Notes: generated by a model not told the origin, from the letters alone. DNA of 64,000 bases from Candidatus Bathyarchaeota archaeon (GCA_963815095.1 CAWFFH010000007.1:1-64000); one strand, 5' to 3'. Shown: positions 24,148 through 33,650, numbered from the stretch's first letter. Translations and numbers: made by a program.

Positions 24148-24645
24148 TTATGGTATGCTGAAGTGGAGAGTAGTGAAGGTTCCTTGTCTGTAACTGTGGA
24201 GCCATATGCTGTACTCTCCTGAAGGTATAGTTGTGTTAAAATTTAGAGTTAATATTTTCTCTGACGCGGCTGGTAATCGGGCTGCAAATTGAAATGTCCA
24301 ATATGGATAGCCGGGCCAATTTGCAGGGTTATCTGTGCTATTTTGAACCTCAACTTCTTTTCCTATAATTGAAGCTACGGTGTTTTGGTTGTTGTCTTTG
24401 ACGTATGCGTTGTCAAACCGTATTTCTGCCATGTAGAATGATTTTGCTTTGAGTGAGAGAATGAGTGGATTTGTGGCAATTACTGAAACGTCAGATATAG
24501 CCATCCTTTCTGGCGGCGAACTCATTATGGGGTAGGTTGTCGCAAAAGATATTGAAAAAAGCAAGGTAACTACCAGTAATGGAATCAACGCAACCGTAAG
24601 TGCCGTAAATAGGGTTCTCTTTTTCTTTATTTGTTCGCCTTTCAA
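24148..24645 (-). CDS. Membrane-anchored hypothetical protein, copy A
   Basis: KKKR followed by a TM helix and an Ig-like C-terminus. Paralogue at 38763-39281. Confidence 0.65.
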   Translation of the reverse strand: MKGEQIKKKRTLFTALTVALIPLLVVTLLFSISFATTYPIMSSPPERMAISDVSVIATNPLILSLKAKSFYMAEIRFDNAYVKDNNQNTVASIIGKEVEVQNSTDNPANWPGYPYWTFQFAARLPAASEKILTLNFNTTIPSGEYSIWLHSYRQGTFTTLHFSIP

Positions 24646-24866
24646 TGCCTAATATTCCAACCGTCAAAAATCCTGTTCCAGCAATTAAAAAGCGGTACCC
24701 AGAATTTTCCAAAAAATGAAGCAGGTATTAGAGCTTCCATTGTTAAGATTTCAGCTGACAAAGTACGAGCTAAATAAAAAACCGTGAAGAAAAAAGTGAG
24801 CAAAGCAACGCCCAAAGCTGCAATGAACCCAAAAATCAGTGTATGGTGCTTCAACATTGGTTTCAA
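24642..24866 (-). CDS. Small membrane protein, copy A
   Basis: Hydrophobic ORF. A frameshifted copy lies at about 39258-39478. Confidence 0.45.
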   Translation of the reverse strand: MKPMLKHHTLIFGFIAALGVALLTFFFTVFYLARTLSAEILTMEALIPASFFGKFWVPLFNCWNRIFDGWNIRH

Positions 24867-24929
24867 CTGTATCCTATCATAGCTGATATAAGGTTTCTGA
24901 ATCCTGGATTATCTGTATACTCGACTCCG

Positions 24930-25107
24930 ACTGGCTGTTGATGAGTTGAGCGTTTTGGCCAAATAGGTAATCCATCCATGTAGTCATGCTTGCATCTGAA
25001 ACTGCTGGGGTGTTAGTTTCGCCTGGAGACATGTCCATAACTGTACCCTGAAGCAACACTTTGTCAGCGGAAGTCACTGTTGTCATTGGAGCAGCAATTG
25101 TAGTTGC
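24930..25107 (-). pseudogene. Internal fragment of a PQQ-like beta-propeller surface protein
   Basis: TTIAAPMTTVT...VLLQGTVMDMSPG...PAVSDASMTTWMDYL resembles the region following the propeller in archaeal surface proteins, as recalled. Fragment only. Confidence 0.5.
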
Positions 25108-25180
25108 ACAGTTTAACCCGAAAGCAGCTGAAGAGCTGAAGGAAAGAGCTATCGGTATGCTGTAAAATTCAGAGGATTTG
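25108..25180 (+). pseudogene. UvrD/PcrA motif Ia remnant
   Basis: FNPKAAEELKERAIGML*NSEDL; homologous to 56215-56281. Confidence 0.6.
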
Positions 25181-25292
25181 AGTAACTGCTATTTTTGAGC
25201 TTTAGAAGAGATTTCTCCTGTAGGGTTTTTGCGAAATGTATTTCTTTTCCAAATTAGACTGAAACTTAAACCCTTGGAAGCGAAAACAGAAG

Positions 25293-25949
25293 TTGCACGT
25301 GTTTGTTGATGAATCGGGAGACCTTGGTTTTACAAAAAAAGCTACTAAATTCTTTGTTGTAGCTTACTTAGAGTGCGACTCTCCCCAACGAACAGGTATT
25401 GAAATTTCACGGGTGCTCAAGCAGCTTCATCAGAAAAGGCGATATTCACTTGCAAGAAATGAATTAAAGTTTTCACGCATGGACGACTACTGCCGAAAAT
25501 ATGTTCTTGGAAAGTTAGCTCAAGGTGACGTTAGCTTAGGTGTTATTATTATGGACAAAACTTGCGTAAATAACAATCTAAGGAAAGATCCTTCTCTTCT
25601 ATACAATTGGTGTGTAGTTCACAATATAATGTTATCATTGCTACCTAACATTGCAGCTGGACAAAAAGTTCATATGGTTTTTGACAAAAGCCTTCCTAAC
25701 TGGAGAATAAAAGAATTCAACGACTACCTAGAGAATAAAGCAAGTTATCTGCTGTTTTCTGAAAAGAAAACATCTTTTTCATCAGAAGGAATCTCCTCAG
25801 AGCATCTTTCGTCAGAGACTGAGCCTTGCCTCCAAGCGGCTGACGCTGTAGCGGGTGCTTATTTTCAAAAGTATGAACATAACAACGATGAATACGTCGA
25901 AATAATCGAGGATAAGGTTGGCGCATTCAAGTATTTGTGGAGAAAATAA
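25293..25949 (+). CDS. DUF3800 RNase H-like protein
   Basis: HVFVDESGDLGF, ELKFS, MVFD and LQAADAVAG. Confidence 0.88.
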   Translation: MHVFVDESGDLGFTKKATKFFVVAYLECDSPQRTGIEISRVLKQLHQKRRYSLARNELKFSRMDDYCRKYVLGKLAQGDVSLGVIIMDKTCVNNNLRKDPSLLYNWCVVHNIMLSLLPNIAAGQKVHMVFDKSLPNWRIKEFNDYLENKASYLLFSEKKTSFSSEGISSEHLSSETEPCLQAADAVAGAYFQKYEHNNDEYVEIIEDKVGAFKYLWRK

Positions 25950-25952
25950 ATT

Positions 25953-26022
25953 TGCGATCCCTATCCTAGTACTCCCATCCCACAATTGCGGGCATCATTG
26001 CCTCGGATAGGCCTTACTCGCA
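25953..26022 (-). ncRNA. Putative structured small RNA convergent with the DUF3800 gene
   Basis: Nested stems TGCGA/TCGCA and CCTATCC/GGATAGG. The inner CCCGC-AAUU-GUGGG stem pairs fully (one G-U) only on the minus strand. Minus-strand TATA about 25-30 nt upstream. Confidence 0.6.
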
Positions 26023-26041
26023 TAGAATAATACCTTGCCTC

Positions 26042-26056
26042 TTTATTTAAAACTTT
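26042..26056 (-). promoter_or_regulatory. Archaeal BRE/TATA promoter for the putative sRNA
   Basis: Minus strand reads AAAGTTTTAAATAAA; spacing places the start site near 26022. Confidence 0.5.
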
Positions 26057-26148
26057 GTGGCAACACACCGATTTGTAGTATTCCGCAGTTAGTTGGTTGT
26101 CCCATCGGTCATGGCTTTCCTGCTGAAGGAGTCTTGTCTTAAGTCAAT

Positions 26149-26169
26149 GCCTAAGATTTTGGGAATAGA
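26149..26169 (-). repeat. Nuclease 3'-end repeat, copy 2 (short)
   Basis: GCCTAAGATTTTGGGAATAGA versus consensus GCATAAGATTTTTGGGAATAGA. Confidence 0.55.
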
Positions 26170-26221
26170 TTTCCCTTTTCTATCATAGAATATGAGAATT
26201 GATGAATCTACTACCAGATAA
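26168..26221 (-). pseudogene. PIN toxin N-terminal stub
   Basis: YLVVDSSILIFYDRKGK (first PIN acidic motif) directly after the HTH antitoxin, then cut at repeat copy 2. Confidence 0.5.
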
Positions 26222-26671
26222 TTAGGCATCAAGGGCGCCAGCTTCATCTAGAAGGGAGACAAACTCATAGTAGGTTATTCCCAGTGTAGCGGCGGCTTGT
26301 CTAAAGGTCATCTTTCCCGCCCTCGCTTTAGCTGCAACTTTGTTAAACTTCTCTGTGCCATCATTCCCAAATCGGCCTTTGTAGAGTTCCGTCACTGTTT
26401 GTTCCTCGAAAGCTTCCATTAATTTTTCAGGTGAAACTTCAAGCTTGAAATCGCAAGCAAAATATACTTTTGTGTTACCTTTAGCTTCGCTCTCTACGGC
26501 GCTTGCTGCTTCAAGCTCTCGCAGGTACTTGTAAACGGTTGGTAGAGGGTAGCCTAAATGTTTGCCGATGCCTTCTGCGGTTTCGCCTCTATGTTTTGCT
26601 AGGTGCGCGATTATCTTTGCTTTGTTGGGATTTCCTATTGCTCGAAGGATTGAAACTGTTTTTTCAGACAT
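26222..26671 (-). CDS. ArsR-type HTH fused to a UPF0175-like antitoxin domain
   Basis: LRAIGNPNKAKII...LPTVYKYLREL; C-terminal GKMTFRQAAATLGITYYEF. Confidence 0.7.
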   Translation of the reverse strand: MSEKTVSILRAIGNPNKAKIIAHLAKHRGETAEGIGKHLGYPLPTVYKYLRELEAASAVESEAKGNTKVYFACDFKLEVSPEKLMEAFEEQTVTELYKGRFGNDGTEKFNKVAAKARAGKMTFRQAAATLGITYYEFVSLLDEAGALDA

Positions 26672-26719
26672 AAAGGTCAGTTAATAAAATATATAATGAC
26701 AACTATAAGCATTTTGGAC

Positions 26720-26864
26720 GAAGAACAAAGACCAAACCATCGACGCTCTTAAAACAGAACTCACGGATATCATCGGGAAAATTAGGGCGGGGCAATTTGG
26801 AGCCAAAGAGAGTTGAGAATGCCACCACTGCGACTACAACTGCCTATGCGATGACAAAACATAA
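26720..26864 (+). pseudogene. C-terminal remnant of an AddB/Cas4-like Fe-S nuclease
   Basis: IIGKIRAGQFGAKES*ECHHCDYNCLC (CxxCxYxxxC). Confidence 0.55.
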
Positions 26865-26876
26865 AAGTGAAAAGAC

Positions 26877-27026
26877 ATGACTGAAGAAAAAAATAGCAGA
26901 AAATGCAAGGTCTGTGGAAAGGAAATCAGCGCCCAGGACAGCGAAAGTTACGATGGTATGTGTTGGGAATGCTGGGATGACCAGTTAATTGAGGAATCTG
27001 ACAGTATGTTTGATGAATTAATGTAG
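26877..27026 (+). CDS. 49-aa zinc-finger microprotein with acidic tail
   Basis: MTEEKNSRKCKVCGKEI...DGMCWECWDDQLIEESDSMFDELM. A diverged 3' copy lies on the minus strand at about 35619-35670. Confidence 0.6.
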   Translation: MTEEKNSRKCKVCGKEISAQDSESYDGMCWECWDDQLIEESDSMFDELM

Positions 27027-27040
27027 AGGTAGGTGTTGTT

Positions 27041-27184
27041 TTGTGGCCGTGTAGGAATTGTGGACACGATAATCCTGATGATGCGGTAGCCTGCGAGGTC
27101 TATGGTGCCTTAACGGATGAAATTGGTGACTCTGGCGATAACCAGGACTCTGAAGACCTCTTTTTCGACGACGAAGGCATCTAA
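27041..27184 (+). CDS. 47-aa zinc-ribbon-like microprotein with acidic tail
   Basis: TTG start after GAGGTAGGTG; WPCRNCGHDNPDDAVACEVYG, with the fourth Cys replaced by Tyr. Confidence 0.5.
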   Translation: MWPCRNCGHDNPDDAVACEVYGALTDEIGDSGDNQDSEDLFFDDEGI

Positions 27185-27235
27185 CTAAATAAGCAACTAA
27201 TTATTCCTTACAAAACGACTATTTCTCTTTCAAAC

Positions 27236-27275
27236 AGAAGTAGTAGTCCTATGGGCCTTAGCGCCGACTACTTCT
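27236..27275. repeat. 40-bp imperfect palindrome, copy 2
   Basis: AGAAGTAGTAGTCC...GACTACTTCT, with the same arm spacing as 1101-1140. Confidence 0.65.
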
Positions 27276-27372
27276 AAGCGTTCTAAACTTTGGGAATTAC
27301 CCTCGCGGTAAGAGGCAACGTTAGCGTTTAAACGACATACGATGCCCGATGTATCATTCTTATAATAATGGA

Positions 27373-28314
27373 TTAACTGCTCTTTTCCTTTTCAGGCAAG
27401 CTTTCAATAACCTTCTTTAGGAAAGCTTTCAATTTTTCAATGAACTTGTAGAAATCCTTCTCATCGATTTCCTTTAACAGAAGTCCTTTCTCGTCACCCC
27501 AATTGAACGGCGTTGATAAGATAGTGGACTTCTTCTCTTCTAGGTTTTCGCGGTATCGTGCATATAGGTTAAGTGTGAACAAGGTCTTCTCTACTGCACA
27601 AGTAAAAATCGCTTCTAACGAAATGCCGAGTTCCTTATCAATTAAGTATACATCAAGGAAGTCTCGCACTTTTGTCCCTTGACGGGTAAGGATGGCTCGA
27701 ATTTTCTCAGCTAAAATCTCTTTGGGGTCATATACATCGAAATTTATTTTTTGAGTGTATTCCACGTATTCTGGGAATAACAAAATAAGCTCCTTTTGGT
27801 TTCCCGAAATTAAACTTTTTAACTCAGCGCTCTTGAAGGGATAACAAAGTTTTTCAACAAAGTTCATTTGGACCTTCAGAAAGCTCTTGCGATTGAGCAC
27901 TTCAGATTGGTACCAAACCTTAAAGGTACAGGTCTTATCTCCTCCGGTTAGCTCGACGTAGTTTCTATCATCTTTTAGACAGCTAAAGTCCAAACCACGG
28001 GCTTTAGCAATTTCTTTAAAGATTTCTCCGATGCTGTTGATAACTGATGAAAGATATCTTCTAACCTCTTTCTGAGATTTACCCTCAAAAACACTTTGGT
28101 TCTTCCATGTGAAATCGATATCTTCAGAAAATCGAAAGTAATCAAGGTAGCATTTAGCAAGGCAGGTGCCGCCTTTGAAAGCAAAATTATCATGGAAGAA
28201 TTTATTTTTAGAAAGATCTGTAAGAATTTGGTGAAGGATAAGGTCTTTCTCTATCAAATCTGCTCTCTTGACGTTTTGTGTTCTAGCTACTTCATTTACG
28301 AAGTCTTTTCTCAT
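27373..28314 (-). CDS. abiEii: AbiEii/AbiGii nucleotidyltransferase toxin (type IV TA)
   Basis: IEKD, FKGGTCL, RFSEDIDF, EILAEKIRAIL and RDFLDVY. Confidence 0.9.
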   Translation of the reverse strand: MRKDFVNEVARTQNVKRADLIEKDLILHQILTDLSKNKFFHDNFAFKGGTCLAKCYLDYFRFSEDIDFTWKNQSVFEGKSQKEVRRYLSSVINSIGEIFKEIAKARGLDFSCLKDDRNYVELTGGDKTCTFKVWYQSEVLNRKSFLKVQMNFVEKLCYPFKSAELKSLISGNQKELILLFPEYVEYTQKINFDVYDPKEILAEKIRAILTRQGTKVRDFLDVYLIDKELGISLEAIFTCAVEKTLFTLNLYARYRENLEEKKSTILSTPFNWGDEKGLLLKEIDEKDFYKFIEKLKAFLKKVIESLPEKEKSS

Positions 28315-28946
28315 CGAATCACTATGTCAGCTATTTCCCGGACGGTTTTTGGATAGTGGATTGAATACCTTATGGTTTTTTCGCTTGATATGTCCTTTGC
28401 CCATTCTGAAACGTTGAGGATTATCTTCTCTTTTGGGACTCCATTATATCGCCAGGTATAAATGAAATCCAAAATGGTTTTTTCGGGGTCTGAGTATCTG
28501 AGGTTGTCTTCGATTATGCCAAATGTTAGTAGTTTAGGTGCCAACTTGACGAATCTGTACTTGTATCCAGCAATGTTTATGGGCTTAGTTCGTAACAGCT
28601 TGTCGTTGACCACATAATCGACAGAAAAAGCCTCGTGTGTCATGTTGCTGAATTTTAGGGCTGTGTATAATCCGAAATACCATTTCTTGACACCTTTGAG
28701 TTCAAGACCTTTTGCAACAAGGTCTAGATTACTGTATTTGGACTTGCCAAACTTTACTTCATCTAAGGATTTGACATAGAATATGCCTTTGAAGATGCGT
28801 ATTAAGTAGCCTCGGGAAACTAGGTGTCTTATTGTTATTTCGTAGTTTAGTCCCATTAATTTGCAGTAGAGTTTGAGTTCTTCTGATGTGATGAATTCTT
28901 TTTTGTCTATGCTAAGTTTTTTTAGCAGAAAACTGGATTTCACCAT
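28311..28946 (-). CDS. abiEi: AbiEi-like antitoxin / transcriptional regulator
   Basis: N-terminal wHTH (GYLIRIFKGIFY), WYFGLYTAL and SDPEKTILD. Overlaps abiEii. Confidence 0.8.
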   Translation of the reverse strand: MVKSSFLLKKLSIDKKEFITSEELKLYCKLMGLNYEITIRHLVSRGYLIRIFKGIFYVKSLDEVKFGKSKYSNLDLVAKGLELKGVKKWYFGLYTALKFSNMTHEAFSVDYVVNDKLLRTKPINIAGYKYRFVKLAPKLLTFGIIEDNLRYSDPEKTILDFIYTWRYNGVPKEKIILNVSEWAKDISSEKTIRYSIHYPKTVREIADIVIR

Positions 28947-28955
28947 TTATACCAC

Positions 28956-28977
28956 AACATCACATTTTTGTGATGTT
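28956..28977. promoter_or_regulatory. Inverted-repeat operator upstream of abiEi
   Basis: AACATCACA-TTTT-TGTGATGTT perfect 9-bp IR between a minus-strand TATA (28978-28987) and the start codon. AbiEi proteins are known to autoregulate via IRs. Confidence 0.7.
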
Positions 28978-29696
28978 ATAATATAAACCACAAAGTCACA
29001 CTTAAACCTTAACTAAACACACTATTTTCGATGATGAAGGAATCTAAGAACTATTGAAATGGAAAACTGTGTATTCATTCCATCCATCTTTGCCAAGTCG
29101 GCATATTTCTTCAAGGCGTAATTTGTAGTAATTATATGAATAATATGAATAACCCGCGGAAAAACCGTGGGAAGGATTATTACTTCTAAACAGCAATTAC
29201 AGTTAACGTATAGAGTAAACAATATGTTCACACGCACACCTTTCATTTCTCAATGCGAAAGCATATGCCACTTATTTGTCGTTGCACAAACAAAAAACGA
29301 TTTTTTGTCAATTGCTAAAAAAACTTGCTTCTCTGTAAGATATGAATGTGATGCAAACGTAAATTTACTTCATATCTACTTTAACCCACGAGACATAAAA
29401 CAGGCTCATACAGCGTTCGGTTCTTCTAGAATAAGACTCAATTCAAACTTTAAAGTGAAGCTTCACACTGCTGGAGTAACGCTAACAAAATCACTCAAAT
29501 AGACACCGTACTAAATGAAGGCTTTAAAAAAAAATCATAGTTATCGCAACTTACGCTCAACACGGCTAGCATAACCAATTAACAACCTCCAAAAAAAGAA
29601 AAAAAGGGTTAAGCTGAAGAAATCGGATAAATCGCCAACAATGCCAAAAGTGAGCTACCCCGGTTATCTAAGTTGAATTTTAGGCAGTAACAACTG

Positions 29697-30074
29697 TCAC
29701 GGTAACTTCTTAGTCACCTTGGTTGCGTGGTATTGCTCAAGGATTTCCCATGTGGCGGTGGAAACTTTCAGGTTTGAACCATTAAAGTAATCGATGAATC
29801 TGATTTCGCTGCTTGGCTTAGCAACGCCTGTACTCTCTATCAAAAAGACTTTATGGTTATTGGTTAATGACTCGTATTCAAAAAGAAAACTGCAAGTAAC
29901 CGTTTCAAGGCTAGTTTCTTCTTTAAGTTCTCTAATTGCAGCGTCTTTTCGACTTTCACCTTTTTCTGCTCCGCCGCCAGGCAAATAAAAAGTCCTACCG
30001 TTGTAGCTAACTACAAGTATTCCTTTTGGAGTATCTACAATAACGGTGCCTCTATGCCTTTTAAAATCCAGCAT
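29697..30074 (-). CDS. NUDIX hydrolase
   Basis: LPGGGAEKGESRKDAAIRELKEET Nudix box. Confidence 0.9.
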   Translation of the reverse strand: MLDFKRHRGTVIVDTPKGILVVSYNGRTFYLPGGGAEKGESRKDAAIRELKEETSLETVTCSFLFEYESLTNNHKVFLIESTGVAKPSSEIRFIDYFNGSNLKVSTATWEILEQYHATKVTKKLP

Positions 30075-30250
30075 ACCACTAACTTGACGCTATTTCTAAT
30101 AAGCACTATGTTCCACAAAACTGTTTACTAATTAATCAGAGAATACAAAAACCAGAGCAGTTTTACCAGCCAGCAGGTTTCATAACCGCAAGCTTGGCAG
30201 TGAAGTTTATCATCGGTCATTAGCATGACCCCAAAGCTACACATACAAAT

Positions 30251-30332
30251 TATTCTTCAGTTAAGGCATAAGATTTTTGAGAATGGAGTCTGTTGGGATT
30301 TGATATCGACGAATACGTCTGCGGCGTATTTG
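30251..30332 (-). repeat. Nuclease 3'-end repeat, copy 3
   Basis: TATTCTTCAGTTAAGGCATAAGATTTTTGAGAATGGAGTCTGTTGGGATTTGATATCGACGAATACGTCTG. Confidence 0.85.
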
Positions 30333-30370
30333 AAAAATCTTTTAAGCGCTTAAATTCAAATTAGGATAGC

Positions 30371-31588
30371 ATGACTGATAATTCAGCTGTCGATAAACCG
30401 CTTGGAAGACGGTTCGTTTTTTCTTTGGCTCTGGCATTTTTTGGAACAAGCATGCTTGATGTGTTGTCAAGCCTATTCTTAGTTGATTTAGCTAAAACCT
30501 ACTTTGGCTCATCAAATCTAGTCTATTTAGCAATTGTCAGCCAAATTGTCACTATTTCAAGTATAGCAGCTATAGTGTTCGGATTGTTGAATGGCTTTTT
30601 GAGTGTAAGAGTTAAGCACAGAACTCTTCTGCTTTTCGGAGCACTATGCATTGTCATAGGAGCAGTTGGATGCTTATGGGCGCCAAGCCTCCTGTTCTTG
30701 CAGATTTTTTATCCCTTCGACGGCATCGGAACCATAATCGTTGGATCGATGGCATTTGCATTAATCGGTGAATCTCTCCCGCTAGAAAAAAGAGCAATAA
30801 CAATCGGAATAGTGACTTCTTCAGGGATTCTCTCCACAGCCATCGGATTTGCCATAGCCGGATATGGCGCAAGTATCGGAGGGTACCATTCTTATTTAGC
30901 CTGGTATGTACTGCCAATCTCAATAGTAGCCTTGTTTGCAGCATATTTTTTTGTACCAAAGAACCTACAACAAGGCACGATCACCAAGCAACCTTTTTCA
31001 GAAAGCTTCAAACAAGTATTCCTAAATAAATCCGCAACAGCCTGCTTAATCGGAAACATGTTTTTGGCAGCTGCGGGCATGTGGTCCTTCTTCGCAGCCA
31101 CTTTTTGGAGAAAAAACTATTCTTTGCCAATTGAAATCGTCGCATGGATTACTGTGGCAGTAGTCTTGGTTTATGCCTTAGGCGGGTTCATGGGAGGCAG
31201 ACTCGTCAACAGGTTTGGTCGGAAACGTTTCGTCGTCTATAATTGGTTTTTAAGAGGCGTATTGATTGCAGCCATCGTTTTTATGCCCAACGTCTATGCC
31301 GCACTGTTAATGTCGTTTGTAGCAACCCTAATCGGCGGGTTCGCAGTCACCGCAGGACACAGTTTGATAGTTGAACAGGCACCCAAATCTCGAGGAACCA
31401 TGATGTCCATAAACGGCGTCTTTGCCTCGATAGGAGTATCCATAGGAACTGCATGCGGAGGATTAGCCCTCACTCAGGGTTTTCAAGCATTGGGTTTAAC
31501 ACTCGGAATTTTCGCAGTCATTTCAGCATTAATAATACTTTTCATAGCCAAAGACCCTTGCTTACCCTCTAAGAGTCCGGCTTCATAA
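30371..31588 (+). CDS. MFS transporter (12 TMS)
   Basis: Hydrophobic 405 aa; GGRLVNRFGRKR motif A and PKSRGTMMS. Confidence 0.88.
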   Translation: MTDNSAVDKPLGRRFVFSLALAFFGTSMLDVLSSLFLVDLAKTYFGSSNLVYLAIVSQIVTISSIAAIVFGLLNGFLSVRVKHRTLLLFGALCIVIGAVGCLWAPSLLFLQIFYPFDGIGTIIVGSMAFALIGESLPLEKRAITIGIVTSSGILSTAIGFAIAGYGASIGGYHSYLAWYVLPISIVALFAAYFFVPKNLQQGTITKQPFSESFKQVFLNKSATACLIGNMFLAAAGMWSFFAATFWRKNYSLPIEIVAWITVAVVLVYALGGFMGGRLVNRFGRKRFVVYNWFLRGVLIAAIVFMPNVYAALLMSFVATLIGGFAVTAGHSLIVEQAPKSRGTMMSINGVFASIGVSIGTACGGLALTQGFQALGLTLGIFAVISALIILFIAKDPCLPSKSPAS

Positions 31589-31598
31589 ATTGCATACT

Positions 31599-33650
31599 CT
31601 AAGTTTTTTGCGGAGGCGTCATTGTCACAATCAAATCCCTCGCAAATAATCCATCCGTGCCAGGTCCAGAATACTTCGAAGAGGGATGCATGAACGTCAC
31701 AAAAGCATCAAACCAGTTTTGCTCCCTATCAATCTTCACACCAAACTGATTTAGCACCGTTACAGAACTGGATTTTACATTTCCCTGTCCTTCAAAAATG
31801 ATGCAGCCAGGAGGAAGAACATGTTTCCACGGCTCAAGTTTTATGGGCACTGTCCAACCTGCAAAAAGGGTATTACCATAAACCCTAACCTGGAGCTTGT
31901 CTTTACCAACCAACTGATAATTCTTTTCAAAAGGCGTTCCCGCAAACATAGACTTTCTATGAAGAACCCCCTTCGGGTTGTCACCCAAACCACCCATAGG
32001 CACAAAAGAGTAGCCTTGAGGAGTATTCAACCAAAGATGAATTTCAAGTGCGTCTGCTTCGCCCAAAGAAGACCGCTTTTCAATATGATTAACATTTATG
32101 AGCATTCTGGGCAGGTTGAAATATTCTGGAGGATGAATTACTGCAGAGCCAGCACTCGCATACATAACGTTAACAGGATTGCTTCGGGTGATTCTATGTT
32201 TTTTGCCCGTTATGATTTTAGCCAGTATATCCTGTTCAGTAATTGATCCAGGCGGTTTAATGTCAAGAATCTTGAATTGAACACTGGTTCTTTTTTCTGC
32301 ACTTAATTCTATCTCCCTCGGAAAAGGAAAGATATTGTACCCATAAGGTCCAGTTATCGACTCTAATGTTACATTAGAAGGCTCCTGAGCTTTCTCCCAC
32401 ATGTCCTCTAAGGTATTGAGCATTTTTCCAACGTAATCACCAGAATTCAAATAAAATAAGTGAGGCGCACCTTTCCTCTCATTTAACGAAAAATTTTGAG
32501 ATTGAAAAAGATGTTTTCCATCGATTACCGTTACTCCAACATAATTCGCAGGAACATGCTTAACTGTACTAAATTTTGAAAACAATTCTACTATCGCCGA
32601 GTTTTCCCTCGCAATCGGCGCCAAAATTTTAATCAAAACCCCTCGATCAAAAAGACTCTTAAAGATATCTTGTTTCAAAGATAACTCGACAAACCCTTGA
32701 GATGAAGTAAGAATAATAACTTCGTGTACGGCTTGAGTTAACTTTTCCTCATACTCTTGTTCAATTTGTTTTTGATGTATGACACCCTTCTTTTCAATTA
32801 AAAATTCTCCTATAGATATCGCGACATTTTTTTCAATATCAACTGAATTACGCCAAAGCTCCTCGAAAATAGTTGTGAATGCGCCAATTATCGTCTTACA
32901 GTCAGTCCAAAGACAGACATCATTTTCCTCAACCTTGGTTTTTTCGGACAAAGGCTTAATGAAGAGCAAAATTTCTTCACCATCCCTAATAACCAATGTG
33001 GGAAAATTCTTCAAAGGCAAAAAAAGACTTCTCGCTTCAATGTTCACTTGTCCCTTAGAGATTTCTTTTACTAACCTCTTGATGACATCAACATTCTTGT
33101 CTTTAGCCTCAACTAAACATCTGAATTGAACAATAGATTCGAAAGGGTAATCTTGGGCAAGCTCAAAAATTCCAAAATCATCCGCCTGTGTTAGGCCAGC
33201 GACAGAAGCTATCGTGACCAACTCCTTTTTACTCTCTTGAATCATCTTCTGAAGTTTAGAAAAAATACGATTTTTGCCTTCAAAAACCATGAATTTCTCT
33301 GAGGAATCATCCGACATCCCAACAACAATAGATTGCCAATCATGCAGAATCTGATCCTTACTCTGTTGAATCCGTCTAACCTCTTCCAATTTTGCCTTCA
33401 AATACAAATCCAAGACTTTTTCAAACGGAATCGCACTAAACTGTGCAGGATGCTCCAAAGTTACACTAACCACACCCTTACTCTGCAAGTTTTTTAAAGA
33501 AGGGTAAAGCTGCTGCTTATTCATCTTCAAGGCAAGAGAAATATCACGCCCTCTTTTGAGACCCTTCTTTGAAAGAAAAACATAGACCTGAGCATCTATA
33601 TCCGAGAATCCAAGCCCAGTTAATGTCTTAAAGACACGTTCCTCAGTCGT
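31599..33650 (-). CDS. TrmB-family regulator: HTH, two PLD-like sensor domains and an extra C-terminal domain
   Basis: The frame stays open upstream of 33530 to an ACG at 33650 (TEERVFKTLTGLGFSDIDAQVYVFL). LYPSLKNLQSKGVV, PAQFSAIPFEKVL, IRDGEEILL and VIDGKHLF. Confidence 0.8.
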   Translation of the reverse strand, partial: TTEERVFKTLTGLGFSDIDAQVYVFLSKKGLKRGRDISLALKMNKQQLYPSLKNLQSKGVVSVTLEHPAQFSAIPFEKVLDLYLKAKLEEVRRIQQSKDQILHDWQSIVVGMSDDSSEKFMVFEGKNRIFSKLQKMIQESKKELVTIASVAGLTQADDFGIFELAQDYPFESIVQFRCLVEAKDKNVDVIKRLVKEISKGQVNIEARSLFLPLKNFPTLVIRDGEEILLFIKPLSEKTKVEENDVCLWTDCKTIIGAFTTIFEELWRNSVDIEKNVAISIGEFLIEKKGVIHQKQIEQEYEEKLTQAVHEVIILTSSQGFVELSLKQDIFKSLFDRGVLIKILAPIARENSAIVELFSKFSTVKHVPANYVGVTVIDGKHLFQSQNFSLNERKGAPHLFYLNSGDYVGKMLNTLEDMWEKAQEPSNVTLESITGPYGYNIFPFPREIELSAEKRTSVQFKILDIKPPGSITEQDILAKIITGKKHRITRSNPVNVMYASAGSAVIHPPEYFNLPRMLINVNHIEKRSSLGEADALEIHLWLNTPQGYSFVPMGGLGDNPKGVLHRKSMFAGTPFEKNYQLVGKDKLQVRVYGNTLFAGWTVPIKLEPWKHVLPPGCIIFEGQGNVKSSSVTVLNQFGVKIDREQNWFDAFVTFMHPSSKYSGPGTDGLFARDLIVTMTPPQKT

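Larger units (their letters stand above)
24133..24932. repeat. ~800-bp direct duplication, copy A
   Basis: Near-identical by eye to 38748-39544. Confidence 0.95.

Noticed and set aside
26820-26864. CxxCxYxxxC as evidence of a cas4/CRISPR locus
   Set aside because: Only a short stub, with no cas genes or array nearby; it fits an AddB-like nuclease tail.
29022-29502. ORFs 29022-29246 and 29167-29502
   Set aside because: No recognisable motifs; probably degraded sequence.
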